A DNA stretch of 63,634 nucleotides, counting the filler, from Octopus bimaculoides (lineage: Eukaryota): assembly GCF_001194135.2 (NCBI RefSeq). It is 4 parts of 4 records of this genome, joined end to end, with 100 filler letters (N's around TTAATTAATTAA, not from the genome) between each part and the next. Parts side by side here need not be neighbours in the genome. Positions count along the whole stretch, not along the records: positions 17,734 to 45,004 come from NC_068993.1; 3 more parts are not named here. One strand, given 5' to 3'. The position numbers were made by a program, and so were the translations under genes. The notes beneath the pieces were generated by a model, which ran no database searches, was not told the DNA's origin, and saw only the letters and a list, made by a program, of their open reading frames with translations. Positions 25,295 through 39,750 of the stretch are shown in pieces (within the stretch, counting starts at the first letter, position 1; every line of letters starts with the position of its first letter).

Positions 25295-25649
25295 AACACA
25301 CACACACTGGTTGTTCTATGTTGGGAAACCTCAATTTTTTTTACATGGGGAAGAAAAATAGCGTATATGTACACACACAAACACACATATACTCACACAC
25401 ACACACATACACATGAATACATTCATAGGAGACCTTACTATAGATTAGTCATCAAATTCTGAGGTGAATTACATGAAATCTAAACTCCATATTCGTGGTT
25501 TTAGTAAACAAAAAATTCCATATTACCCTTATACATATCAATACCCACACACATCCAAACATATACGCACAAACAGCTGAGATACACACGCACACGCACA
25601 CACACACACACATATATATATATACACACACATATATATGTATATATAT

Positions 25650-25692
<43 letters not shown>

Positions 25693-26283
25693 CACATATA
25701 TATGAATATATTTTTATATATCTAAATAAATGTAAATATATACTTTACTTACGCGCATATATATATATATATTGTTTATATATATATATATATATATATA
25801 CGTATGCATATGAATATATATCTGCTTATATACGTACATGAATGCTTTCTTATTTGTAAGTANNNNNNNNNNNNNNNNNNNNNNNNNNNNNNNNNNNNNN
25901 NNNNNNNNNNNNNNNNNNNNNNNNNNNNNNNNNNNNNNNNNNNNNNNNNNNNNNNNNNNNNNNNNNNNNNNNNNNNNNNNNNNNNNNNNNNNNNNNNNNN
26001 NNNNNNNNNNNNNNNNNNNNNNNNNNNNNNNNNNNNNNNNNNNNNNNNNNNNNNNNNNNNNNNNNNNNNNNNNNNNNNNNNNNNNNNNNNNNNNNNNNNN
26101 NATATTGTGAAAGTTCCTCGATTTCTTTCATGGAATCGATGGCATTTTGGGGGAAGCATCAAAGACGATTACCAGTTTTATTAGCATCTTCAACTATAGT
26201 TGTAAGAAGAAGGAAAAGACGAAGGCAACGAAAGTTCACTGGGAAACGCAATGGCATTGGTTATTGTAGGGTATTATTCATAT

Positions 26284-26361
<78 letters not shown>

Positions 26362-27881
26362 TTCTTTTACGGAATCGTTAGATTTCGGAGAAAATTCCTA
26401 ACAATATTTGATCATTTTTTGCTTTCAGACTTCTGATTTTACCGAAGTCCATTCTTAACCTTCTTGGGTCAAATTTCATGGGCTAAGTCCTTGAAATCGG
26501 TTGGGTATTATTATTGGCGAGCTGGTAGAATCGTTAGCGCGTCGGACAAAATACTTAGCGGCATTTTATGTTCAGAGTTCGAATCCCACCGTGGTGCAAG
26601 TTTTTGCCATTCATTCCTCTTCATTTACCCCTGCTGTCAAAATTGTTGCCCTAGTTCTAAAAAAAAAAATTAAATAATTATTAAAAATGTAAAAACACTA
26701 AAATAATAGATCCTATTATGGTGACTATGGTTATTGAGAACCGCAGTACTGAGGTGAGGGCTTCTAGTAGTAGTAGTAGTAGTTGTAGTTATGGTAGTAA
26801 TGTTAAGGATGCTTCTCGTGAAAGGGTTATACAATAGGACAGATAACACCGGTGCATGAACATATATCCTTCGTGAAAATGTCATATTTTTCTATCAATA
26901 AATATTTAGAATTCTACATGAAATAATAGCATGCTGAATTTCATTTATAATACGCCACTATATATAATACGAAGCTTGATTTTGAGGTTGTCTGTAAAAA
27001 AAACAATATTAAATAAGCTTTATTGCACAACTGCTAGAAGAGTAAATAACCTGGTGTAATAGAATATATTAATTTCCGTAAGTTTATTTTATGTAAAATA
27101 TATTGATATATAACAATAGTATTTTCAATTGTTTTATTGCATATCAATATTTCTTTTTTACTGTCAGACTCTACGCTTGTAGTCAGTCCTTTTATTTGCT
27201 TCATGTTAGCCGTTTTTATGCATATAAAAAATCTACATTTTTAACTAGGAAACAGTAACGTTATCTAAAAACAAAAACTGTTTTATTATTTAATTGTATT
27301 TTTATTCTTAATAGAAGTCGGTGGAGGTAAAAATTAAGTGGTGTAGCACTATATATATTTGTGTGTGTGTGTATGTGTTCGTGTGTGTGTATGGATGTAT
27401 GTATCTCTCTTTATATATACATACATATATATGCATACATATATATCTGTACATATATATATAAATACATATATATACATATATATACATATATATACAT
27501 ATATATATATACATACATATGCATANNNNNNNNNNNNNNNNNNNNNNNNNNNNNNNNNNNNNNNNNNNNNNNNNNNNNNNNNNNNNNNNNNNNNNNNNNN
27601 NNNNNNNNNNNNNNNNNNNNNNNNNNNNNNNNNNNNNNNNNNNNNNNNNNNNNNNNNNNNNNNNNNNNNNNNNNNNNNNNNNNNNNNNNNNNNNNNNNNN
27701 NNNNNNNNNNNNNNNNNNNNNNNNNNNNNNNNNNNNNNNNNNNNNNNNNNNNNNNNNNNNNNNNNNNNNNNNNNNNAATAAATTTGTACTCTATAAAAGT
27801 ATAGAGTAACCCCATTAGATTAATGTAAAATTGTTTTTTATTATAGCTGAGCATAAAAGTGAACACGCGCGTGCGCATGCA

Positions 27882-27958
<77 letters not shown>

Positions 27959-28727
27959 GTCAGTCTGTGTGTCAGTCCATTTATGCATATCTTTACACAT
28001 ACACATATAGATATATGTAGTAGTGAGTTTAGTGGGATGCTTTTCTTTTCTGATTGTGTTACCTCACTACAATAACTGAAAATCAGAAATACATATCAAG
28101 GACTTTCTTAACTAATATTTACATATACCTGCGGCAGTTTTTGTCTTCGTATTTACTCGAAGTAAACAGCTAAAAGACAGAAATCTTCCGAGAGAAAAAA
28201 AAAAAAGTCACCACACTATTAAAACATCTCTATTAACTCTTGTCAATAACCATAGCGACCGTTATGTTTTTTCTTTCTTTCTTTTTTTTTTATTCTAGAG
28301 CCAATCTATTTACAGCCGAAGAATCAAAGACCTGCCAACTACTTCAAGAACCATTCATAGTCGACGTTAAGTGACAGATAATATGAAGTTGAAGTAGCTC
28401 CAATGATCCATCATTGCTATTACAACTGATAGTCAATAGTGTAATATCATCATCTTTATTTCAGCTCTTAATTAAAAGCATCAGTTGCCAAATACTGTAA
28501 ATATTTCTTTCAATTTATTTCACCATTCTCACTGTTCTTCTAATCTTCTTTCTCCATCCTCACCCTTTCCCTGCTCTTCCCTTCACCCGCTTCATATATC
28601 ATTTCAAGCTCGTTTCGTGTGTTCAGCATTTATAATCCTCCACTAACACTTAAAATCAATTTCTATCATTGTGATAAATGATTGTGTTCTCGTTGTTGTT
28701 GTTGTTGTCATTACTATCGTTATTACT

Positions 28728-29380
28728 AAGGCAGCGATCTGGTAGAATCGTTGACACGCCGGACAAAATGCTTCGCGGCATTTCGTCCGTCTATACGTTC
28801 TGAGTTCAAACTCTGCCGAGGTCTACTTTGCTTTTCATCCTTTCGGGGTCGATAAATTAAGTACCAACTGAGTACCGGGGTCGATGAAATCGACTATCCC
28901 CCTCCCCCAAAACTTCAGACCTTGTGCCTTCATCAAAAAGGATTATTATTATTATTATTATTATTATTAAGGTGGTGAGCTGGTCGAATCGTTAGCATGC
29001 CAGGCAAAATGCTTAGTGGCATTTCATCCGTCTTTATGTTCTGAGTTCAAATTCTTCCGGGGTCTACTTTACTTTTCATATTTTCGGGGTCCATAAAATA
29101 AGTACTAGTCGAGCCCTTGGTGGTGCGTGTGTGTGGGGGGTGGGGTGGGGGTGGGAGGCAATGTAACCGACTCATACCCTCTCCCGAAATTGCTGGTCTT
29201 GTGCCAAAATTTGAAATCATTATTATTGTTACTAAGATAGCAAGCTGGCAGAATCGTTAGCACACCGTCTTTACGTTCTAAGTTCAAATTCCGCTGAGGT
29301 CAATTTTCATTCCTCCAGGATCGATAAAATACAGTAGTTATAAAGTACTGGCTGGATGACATCAACTAACCCATTCTCGC
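28728..29380 (+). mobile_element. Three head-to-tail copies of the (ATT)n-tailed SINE
   Basis: Heads aaggcagcgatctgg (28728), aaggtggtgagctgg (28969) and aagatagcaagctgg (29234), each preceded by an ATT-rich run. Confidence 0.85.
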
Positions 29381-29384
29381 TCAA

Positions 29385-29940
29385 AATTACGTTGTACCTA
29401 ATGAAGAAACTATGGTTAGTTTTATCGTCAGTGGTGTTACATAATACGCCTACAGGGCGCTTGATATCTAGAATGTCATCAAGCGCTCAAAGCCCTCTAC
29501 AGATGGATAATACGGTAAAGAGAGGTTTCACGTTGGTGATCAATAGAAGTTTAGTGGTGGATAGCAGCAACGACGTTGTTGAGAAAGCTTTGAGTGTCGA
29601 TAAGAATAAACTGGTTAGCCTTTTTGGGAGGACTTTCAGGCTGAGGCTGATGGATAATTTCTAGAAATTCCCTGGCCTGACAATGCTACTTGGATGGTGG
29701 ACAATGCCTGTTCGAGATAAACTCTGCAGACTCAGAAGTGTCGGCAACTAGGCCTGTGCAAGATGCATGCAAGGTAACGAAACGGTTTTGCACGCATTCG
29801 TCCAATCTCCGAGAATTTCTGACTCGGGAACTTAATGTCGAATAGCTGCTATGTCGTGTAAGACAGATCCAGCTATTAAGAGAGTCCAATAGGGAGAGTG
29901 TCCCATCGCTTTTTTTTTTGCATCATGCGTTTACGACTGG
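29385..29940 (+). pseudogene. Decayed Tx1/L1-like LINE ORF2 C-terminus (zf-RVT-type Cys/His region)
   Basis: Interrupted frames read ...LSVDKNKLVSLFGRTF...MDNF / MPVRDKLCRLRSVGN*ACARCMQGNETVLHAFVQSP / VE*LLCRVRQIQL, matching the LPxRDxL...CxRC....ETVLHAxxxCP zinc-finger pattern of non-LTR RT C-termini. Confidence 0.7.
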
Positions 29941-30454
29941 ACACAAGTATGATGACCTTTTGGTATAGAGTTACCTATTGATCTTTAAAGATAAATTGTT
30001 CTAGTTTATTTTGTACTATACATCATGTATAGTACATCTACATATATATATTACCTATAGAGGTATATAAAGGATTACTAAAATATCTAAAAAACTATAT
30101 ATNNNNNNNNNNNNNNNNNNNNNNNNNNNNNNNNNNNNNNNNNNNNNNNNNNNNNNNNNNNNNNNNNNNNNNNNNNNNNNNNNNNNNNNNNNNNNNNNNN
30201 NNATATATTATCTTTTACTAAAATACTCTATATTTGAGTCTACGTTATCCAATTTTTGCTTCTTTATTTAAGACGCTCGACTCTGGCGTTAAGGAAACTG
30301 GTCGCTTAAGATATCATCAGGTATCGCATTACATTATCATCATCACGTTATCTCCTTTCAAAATTACCATTCTCTTGTGAAGCTAATCCTCATGCCATCG
30401 AAAACACTGCATGACAATATGTCAAATATGTATACACACACACACACACACACT

Positions 30455-30691
30455 GATAACTATGGTTTCAAATGTTTGCCCAAGGCCAGCAATTTCGTAG
30501 GGTGGATAAGCCGATCACATCAAAGCCAGTGTTCAACTTATTTTATTTACAACCCAAAGAAGAAAGGGAAATTCGACCTCGGTGGCATTTGAATTCAGGA
30601 CTAAAATCTGAAGAAATGCCGCTAAGCATTTTTTCCCGGTGCGGTAACGACTCTGCCAGCTCGCGTCTTAATAATAATAATAATAATAATA

Positions 30692-30722
<31 letters not shown>

Positions 30723-30938
30723 TCGTTTCTACTGGCGGTACAAGGCTTCAAATTTGTGGGGAGGGAACTTGTCGATTACATCGTTTCCCAGTGTTTCACT
30801 GGAACGTAATTTATTGACTTTGAAATGATGGAAGGCAAATTCTACCTCGGCGGAATTTGAACTTAGAACGTTGCAGCTGACGAAATACCACTAAACATTT
30901 CGCCTGGCGCGCGAACGATTCTGCCAGCTCGCCGCCTT
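30455..30938 (-). mobile_element. Two head-to-tail copies of the (ATT)n-tailed SINE on the minus strand
   Basis: Copies at ~30455-30670 and ~30723-30938, separated and followed by (AAT)n. Confidence 0.85.
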
Positions 30939-31007
<69 letters not shown>

Positions 31008-31135
31008 CCTACGCAAAACACTTTCAATACAGTAACCATAAGAGCATCACAGCAAACCACAGCACATATCCAAGGCACACAGAGCTGCGCTCGGTAGTGA
31101 AGTGAAAGCACGTTATAAAAATAAGACTACTGAAC

Positions 31136-31186
<51 letters not shown>

Positions 31187-31297
31187 CGTATTAATATTAC
31201 ATAGTTGTCAAACACTATAGGAGTGTATATTCAGACAAAGGTGAAAAGGAGGGGCGTAAAAAAATATGATGTAAAAGGAATGAAAACAGAAAAATCA

Positions 31298-31367
<70 letters not shown>

Positions 31368-31902
31368 GACACATGTACATACATAGGCACCGTAACGTGA
31401 GAGAGAAAGAGAGAGAGAGAGAGAAGGAAGGTGAGGGGGAGAGGGAGAGAGGGAGATATTGCCCCTTATATTAAATGTTATACTTGTTCTTGTTAGATTA
31501 TTTAAGCAAACTATATAAAATTCGATTGCATTTTCCAGTCTATATTAATGAAATACAATAAGAAATCTGTGGACCATGACCATATATATTCAAGCGTGAC
31601 TTGTATACCGCCTTCAATATATATATACCACCGACTAACTAACCAGTTCAATCATCTTTCTTCCCCTCCCTACAGCTTATTCTAAATAAACTTAGTAGGT
31701 TTGGATGATTTAATGAGTTCATAATGTAATAGAGATCAACGTTTGCTCTTACGTTATGTTCTTGCGTACAAATTGGTTAGTAGCTAACAAAACTAAAATT
31801 TACATTTCTGGGACATGTCTCAAGCTGATTGTAGATTGGCTAATAAAATGCCTGATATGTTATCTACATTAATTCATTAGTTCGCGATTGACCTCCTATC
31901 TT

Positions 31903-31979
<77 letters not shown>

Positions 31980-34900
31980 TTATGGACGTACCTTCGAAAG
32001 AAGGAATAATTTCTCTCGTTATTTTACACTGAAGTAGATCAGCCACTTTTACAGAAAAAGAAAATGAAAAAACACTGTACAAGTGACGAGGAGTCTCAAG
32101 CATGGTTACTTGACCTCCTAGAAATAGAATCTAAATGACTTTTAAATCAAATGCCTCATCGTCTTAAAAAAAGTTGGGCACGTTCACTGAATAATGTACT
32201 CCTAAAAAGCAACATGCGATTGTGATGACTGGAAGACCTGTCGTTGATCATTGGCCTGCTTGTTGAATGAGGGTAGACTTTTGGTCTAATCAGCAGCAAA
32301 CACGCCCTCTAAAAACTTCAGACTCTTGGAACATACATGACGCAAACAATGACATATAAGGCATTATAGGACATTCATCTCTAAAAACGGATAAGCTATG
32401 TTTCAACATGGTTCTATTCGTGATGGCCGAAATAAACAAAATATTTAAAGGAAGCCATGTTGGATCAATGTTGATTATGCATCGCTCCATAGGCGGACAT
32501 AGCTTGGCTTCAAGTTCATGGCAGACCTTGTTATCAGAATGCAAAATACCTGAACAGATATCACAAGGCATCTTGCTTCACCCGCTAACAGTCCTGCCAA
32601 GTCATTAGTATCCACTCTGAAATGATTGAAGGGCCAATTTGGTTTCACCGGGATCTGAACTCGGCGTGTAAAGACTCAGAGCAAATATCGTGAGATCTTC
32701 TATTCAACCTTTTAATGGCTGCCATTTCGCTGCATTAAAGTTATACAAAGTCGATATTAGTCGATGTAAACGTCAGGCTTTTTTTGACAAACATTGTTTA
32801 CATGAAGCACGTCACGGTCATCTTGGCCTTTCACCCTTCCAAGGTCGATAAACTAAAGTACCATTCAGTACTGAGGGGAATTTAATCAGGTAATTTCATT
32901 CTCTAATAGTGTGACCTTATATCCAAGTTAGAAATTGTTATTACGAACTTTGATATGAACTGAACTTTGAACAATGAGAAGCAAATTTTAGATATCAAGA
33001 CCTACTACCCACTACATAAAATTTCTCTTCTTGTGCTTATATAGAAATATATGAAGATGGTTAATTACCAGAGATGAAGGGGCGTCGGACAAAATGTCTT
33101 GCTATATTGAGCTATGTGCAGCCTTTGACGATGTGATATAAAATCCCCTCGAGATCAGCTCAGCACAGGGATCAATATAATTGACTTAGCACTGGGATCA
33201 ATATAATTGACTTAGCCCTCAACCCGCCAACAAACATAAATAAATAAATAAATAAATAAATAAATTTCTGGCCTTGTGCTTCTTTTAGAAATTATTATTG
33301 AAATATAAATTGAAAGAGTGATGAAGGCCACCACGTTACGGAATAAATATCATACTATTTCTTCCATTTCGTGTCGGAATATTCCGGGCAGTGTTGTTGT
33401 TATTGTTGTCATTTAACCCCAGGATAAATGGATTGGAGCAGACCTATGATCATACGTGTTTAAGTTGTCATCATCCCATCTTTGTTTAAATCAAAGATCA
33501 ACAATTTCTTTTTTGTAATGACCCACCTCTGATTGCATTAAATTTACCTCCAACCCACCCCGACATGCACACATATAAACACACACAAGCACACTGTCAT
33601 ACACGTAAACCTCAATCTCTGGCAATGCCTATGCAATCAAAACTTAAAGCTATCGTACACAAAAGACTATCTAAAACTCGGGCTCACAAATGCATTAACA
33701 ACGAAATGCATTTTAGAAAATGTCCACAGCCCGCAGAAAACACTTCAGGGTGTCACCTTCTTTGCCGGTCCTTGTTTTTAATTATATGTATCCAGGTACC
33801 ATTTTATCTTTGATAAATATATTCCTCCCAACCGTTTTCATTTTGGAGGGCAGGGTGAAAGTGTGGTAGTGGAGGTTATGAAGGATATGGTGGTCATGGT
33901 TGAAGAGCTTTGGCTGGTAAGTTTATAAATTTATGTGATCGGGCTGTCCAACTAAATACATTGCGTAACCTGTAGCCTGGTTTAACAACTTACTAACGTG
34001 ACTCTTGGGTATAATTGTGAAGTAATCCACGCCCCATCAAAATATTGCCACACCCTACCTTTAGAAACATTAGTATACACACACACTTATATGCATATTC
34101 GATGGGCTTCCGTTCAGTTTCCTTCTACAAAATTTCACTCGCAGATGTTAGTCAACCATAAATAGGAAACCAACAAATACACTCGCCATGGCCATCATAG
34201 GCTCTATGCACAAGAATATTTATGATGTAAAAAGAATTAGATCATGTAGCTAGCTTTTACGAGGACCATATATATATCTAACGAGATAACTTCGTGGTGT
34301 GCTATGACTAATTCCACTTGTTTTAGCATTGAACCTTCTGGAGTTCAATGCTAGTAAATTTCCCTTAAGGTTTTAGGGACGAAAAGCAACAAACAGGAAT
34401 AAAATGGAACTTCGTCGGTTTTCAGGTTGAATTCTTTGTTGGCAAATCAACTGAACTATGTGTTCGTTGAACTGGGGTGTGTATGTGGCTGCATACTCTA
34501 CAAATCTGTGTATTCTTATCGTTGTCATACAGAATCGGAGTCACACAGACTGTGACAAGACTAAGCCTTTAAATTACTGGAGTGACGAGGTCTGACAAGG
34601 CTGGTCCTTATGTTAGAAATACAGTCTATCCGACAGGCTTTCATATTGTTTCAGTCTTCACAATTTCACTCACAAGTTCTATGTCGACCAGACTCTATGA
34701 TAAATGCGCTAGCTCAAGATGCTACACAGTGGACTCGGATTCGGTAATTCATTATTGCAAAGCGAACTTGATCACGTGGCCTTGCTGCTCTCATATGCAG
34801 GTGTACAAAATAATTAATATGACACCGAAAACGAAAGTAGATTTTGACTTGGATCCCGACTTGGATTAAACTGGTTTCAACTCATATTAAAATGTTAATA

Positions 34901-35138
34901 TTAAAACCATTCATTAAAACCTGTTGAGTAACAACCCACGACGGACAGACAACTTTAATAATTCATGTCAAGGACAGAAAACCATTGCAACCCCAACCTC
35001 ACCACCTCCACCACCGCCAAATGCAACACTACTGTTAAACAGTATAAATGGTATCAGTGTGTCAGCCATATTAATTATCAGGAGGCAGAGAACACGTCAA
35101 CACAAATATCGAATTACAGAAAATACTATTATAGGAGT

Positions 35139-35169
<31 letters not shown>

Positions 35170-35204
35170 ACATGCATGCATACATATTTATATATCTATT
35201 ATCT

Positions 35205-35430
35205 TTTACTTGTTTCGGTCATTTGACTGCGTCCATGCTGGAGCACCACTTTCAAGAATTTTAGTTGAAAGAATCGACCCCAGTACTTCTTTCCTTTTAA
35301 TGCCTGATACTTATTCCATCGGTCTCCCTTGTCGAACCGCTAAGTTATAGATACGTAAACCCACCAACACCAGTTGACAAGCAGTGGTGGGGTACGAACG
35401 CAGATCCAAACGGGCGCCCGCACACACACA
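35205..35430 (+). mobile_element. Interspersed repeat family (ttgtttcagtcatttgactgcggccatgctggagcacc...gaaccgctaagttac)
   Basis: Related copies at ~44755-44945 (+), 56875-57060 (-), 58230-58420 (+) and 61612-61900 (+), usually ending in (CA)n. Confidence 0.8.
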
Positions 35431-36963
35431 CACACACACACACACACATTCAACGGGTTCCTTCCAATTTCCGTCTATCAGATCCACTCACAAGGCTTTG
35501 GTCGGCTCTATTAGAAGACACTTGTTCATGTTGTCACGCAGGGGCACTGAACCCAGCACCATGTGGCCGACAAGAAAACTTCTTACCGTACAGCCACGAA
35601 ATATTTATCGACATCTATATGTATGTATGCGTGTCATTGTTGAGTTTTATTTCAAGATTTCTTGCCAATAGAGAAAGAGTCGGTTTCTAACCTAGATCAA
35701 GGCTTCTTCATTGGAATTTCAACATCAACAACATGGCATTTTTGTTTGTACGTATGTATGTATGTATGTATGTATGTATGTATGTATGTATGGAGTTGGA
35801 GTAAGAGTAAGTTGTTTAACACACATACCAATGAAACTAGCCATCTGCATTGAATGAAGTTTTGTAAGTACTCAATGATAACTGTAATGCTTTTTATGCA
35901 TGTTATTACTAGAAGGGATCAGCCTTATTATCTAAACTATTAGTTGTAAAAGTTAAAGTAATCATCATTCACAATGTCTTTCAAATTAATAAATTGAAGA
36001 GAAATCGTTGTTTAGACACAAATCGGTCCAGATTCAAAAGACATATGAACAAAAAGTGACGTAACCGTGAACGTCAAGCCTCGTTCGTTCGTTCGTTCGT
36101 TCGTTCCTTCGTTCGTTCCTTCGTTCCTTCCTTCGTTCCTTCGTTCCTTCCTTTCTTCCTTCCTTCGATTGTTTGTTTGATTGCTTGTTTGCTTCGTGGT
36201 TTCTTCTTTCTTTGCTCAGCCCTCGATTAGCATAAAGTATTATGTTATGCAATTTATCCTCCCTATTTTAAACACATTACAGCGTGATTTGAGATAATCT
36301 TGCTGCTATTTCTAGAATGACTAATGAACACGTAGAGGTTTCCTTCAAGAATTCCAGAGGAAATACACACACACACGATAAATTTAACGTCTATATGCAC
36401 CACCTGCTAGCAATAACCAAACGGCAAGTTGTTGGGGTTTATAGATCCACGGCAGCCATGAATTAGATAAATCTATGGGCAAAGATCGTCATGCCATCAT
36501 TACTCCATATTTTTTGGACGTATTATGCCTAATGGTAAGTTATTCCATGTTGTTCCATTTATATGATGGCAGATTGTAAATTGGAGAAAACTTTGGTTGC
36601 TCTAATTAGTAGGTTGAGTGGAATAACTTGAGAATTTCAAGTCAATCAATCTATTGAGTAAGCAAACAAAATTTGTTTGGACATGTAATTTCTGTATTAT
36701 ATTCTCCAAAGAGTAACAATAAGTAAAGTTAGATACCGACAGAGACATATGTGTGTGAGGGTGGATGGGGTGTATGTGTGTGCGTGCGCGTGGGGAGCAG
36801 TGTGTATGTGTGTGTGTTTGTGTATGAGTGTACATACACATACGTGTATGCATATATAAATACGTAGATATATGTATACACACTATAGATACATATACAT
36901 AAGTAATTATATGTATATATACAAATGCATATACATGTGTACGCAAATTATATACATAAATAA

Positions 36964-37043
36964 ATATTACATACAAAAATAAGAGGGATGACCAGCAAAA
37001 GTCCACTTTTGCTGGTCATCCCTCTTATTTTTGTATGTAATAT
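36964..37043. repeat. Perfect palindrome, 39-bp arms with a 2-nt spacer
   Basis: atattacatacaaaaataagagggatgaccagcaaaagt-cc-acttttgctggtcatccctcttatttttgtatgtaatat. Confidence 0.95.
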
Positions 37044-37901
37044 AATTTTAATCTTCGGATCTTTTTAATATGCTAGACCACTGGTTCAAATTGATTAATA
37101 TCAATTTCTACCGTCATAAAAAAATTTTTAAATAAATAAATATATATATATATATAGTTCCGTGCTATATATANNNNNNNNNNNNNNNNNNNNNNNNNNN
37201 NNNNNNNNNNNNNNNNNNNNNNNNNNNNNNNNNNNNNNNNNNNNNNNNNNNNNNNNNNNNNNNNNNNNNNNNNNNNNNNNNNNNNNNNNNNNNNNNNNNN
37301 NNNNNNNNNNNNNNNNNNNNNNNNNNNNNNNNNNNNNNNNNNNNNNNNNNNNNNNNNNNNNNNNNNNNNNNNNNNNNNNNNNNNNNNNNNNNNNNNNNNN
37401 NNNNNNNNNNNNNNNNNNNNNNNNNNNNNNNNNNNNNNNNNNNNNNNNNNNNNNNNNNNNNNNNNNNNNNNNNNNNNNNNNNNNNNNNNNNNNNNNNNNN
37501 NNNNNNNNNNNNNNNNNNNNNNNNNNNNNNNNNNNNNNNNNNNNNNNNNNNNNNNNNNNNNNNNNNNNNNNNNNNNNNNNNNNNNNNNNNNNNNNNNNNN
37601 NNNNNNNNNATATATATATATATATCATTAATAACAAAAAAAAAAACGGAGAAAAAAGACAAGAAATAAACAACAACGTGAATACGTGGTACATGCTAAG
37701 TATTAATAAGACGATCAGAGAATAGAAGAAAGAGAGGTTGTTTTACGTTCCGAGCACTCATGTTTATTATTTAAGTGGGTGTATAAGGCGGACAGGGTCC
37801 AGACTGAAATCTGAAGAAGCAGTTACCCGATGTAGAAAAGGGAAAGCAACCGGGTACTGGGCCAACTTAAATAAACTATTGCGTTCATCGCTTGTATTGA
37901 T

Positions 37902-37976
<75 letters not shown>

Positions 37977-38306
37977 TACTACTACTACTAATACTACTAC
38001 TACTACTAAAAACAATACAGACACACACACATCTACAAACATACACACACATTTACAAACACACGCACACATACATATCAGTGTATTCTTAGTTATGCAT
38101 ACATAACTATATATCGTCACACGTATATATGTATATATGGTTGTCTCCCCTATCATTTTAAGCTGTAATTAGATAATGGTTATTTTCATTATTAAATGTA
38201 TATTTATAATTAATTAATATTTTGTTTTTCTTATTACTCTAATAATGCTATTGGCCACTTTTCTATTACGTTTAACTTTCCTTGTGACCGGCCCATTTAT
38301 GTATTT

Positions 38307-38340
<34 letters not shown>

Positions 38341-38920
38341 NNNNNNNNNNNNNNNNNNNNNNNNNNNNNNNNNNNNNNNNNNNNNNNNNNNNNNNNNNNN
38401 NNNNNNNNNNNNNNNNNNNNNNNNNNNNNNNNNNNNNNNNNNNNNNNNNNNNNNNNNNNNNNNNNNNNNNNNNNNNNNNNNNNNNNNNNNNNNNNNNNNN
38501 NNNNNNNNNNNNNNNNNNNNNNNNNNNNNNNNNNNNNNNNNNNNNNNNNNNNNNNNNNNNNNNNNNNNNNNNNNNNNNNNNNNNNNNNNNNNNNNNNNNN
38601 NNNNNNNNNNNNNNNNNNNNNNNNNNNNNNNNNNNNNNNNNNNNNNNNNNNNNNNNNNNNNNNNNNNNNNNNNNNNNNNNNNNNNNNNNNNNNNNNNNNN
38701 NNNNNNNNNNNNNNNNNNNNNNNNNNNNNNNNNNNNNNNNNNNNNNNNNNNNNNNNNNNNNNNNNNNNNNNNNNNNNNNNNNNNNNNNNNNNNNNNNNNN
38801 NNNNNNNNNNNNNNNNNNNNNNNNNNNNNNNNNNNNNNNNNNNNNNNNNNNNNNNNNNNNNNNNNNNNNNNNNNNNNNNNNNNNNNNNNNNNNNNNNNNN
38901 NNNNNNNNNNNNNNNNNNNN

Positions 38921-38953
<33 letters not shown>

Positions 38954-39046
38954 GTGTATAGGTATATATGTATATATATAAATAGTATATATAAATATAT
39001 ATATATATACACATATGTATATCTATATACATGCATATATACATAG

Positions 39047-39089
<43 letters not shown>

Positions 39090-39681
39090 ATCTGAAGAAA
39101 CAACGACTATAGACCTATCTATAATTCTCCATTTAAGTTTTTCTTATTAAGCCTCTAATGTTAGTGTTAACCTATAATGTTCTTATATTAGCATTTCTGG
39201 ATTTCATCAGGAGAATAAAGTAATAATCACAAAATAATCGTAATTGACAACCCTACCTTCTTACGTAATATTTTACAAACAGCCACGAGTTAAATAAAAG
39301 AAGTTTTATTACTAGGAAAATTCAAACCTAGAATTGACACATTATAACACACGTGAATTGAAAAAAACATGAAAATAACCAGGAGAAAATTCTTAGGATA
39401 TGTAAATTTCAAAATAAACCACTAAAGTAAATTTCATGAGTCTACATGAAAACGAATCCTGCGTTCGTCTCCTCCTAGAAAATTTACTGTGGACCATGCC
39501 AGAATAAATAGCGTCTATGTGTATGCAGTTATATCTTCGTCTTTACTATAATATGTATTATAGAATATATGACCTGTTGATGTCAGGATTCAGTTTAGTA
39601 GTGGTTTGTTTTGATAATTGCTGGTTCAGAGACTAGTGTTCCTCAGCATGTGTAAAACACAAACACACACACGCACACACG

Positions 39682-39750
<69 letters not shown>

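Noticed and set aside
26670-26885. Candidate Dbx first exon among ORFs at 26-35 kb
   Set aside because: I found no eh1-like motif (F.[IV]..IL) and no phase-1 donor with an ATG-led frame, so exon 1 is left unassigned.
29395-29470. ETMVSF... reminiscent of a Penelope RT motif
   Set aside because: The downstream sequence fits a Tx1/L1 C-terminus much better, and the other Penelope motifs are absent.
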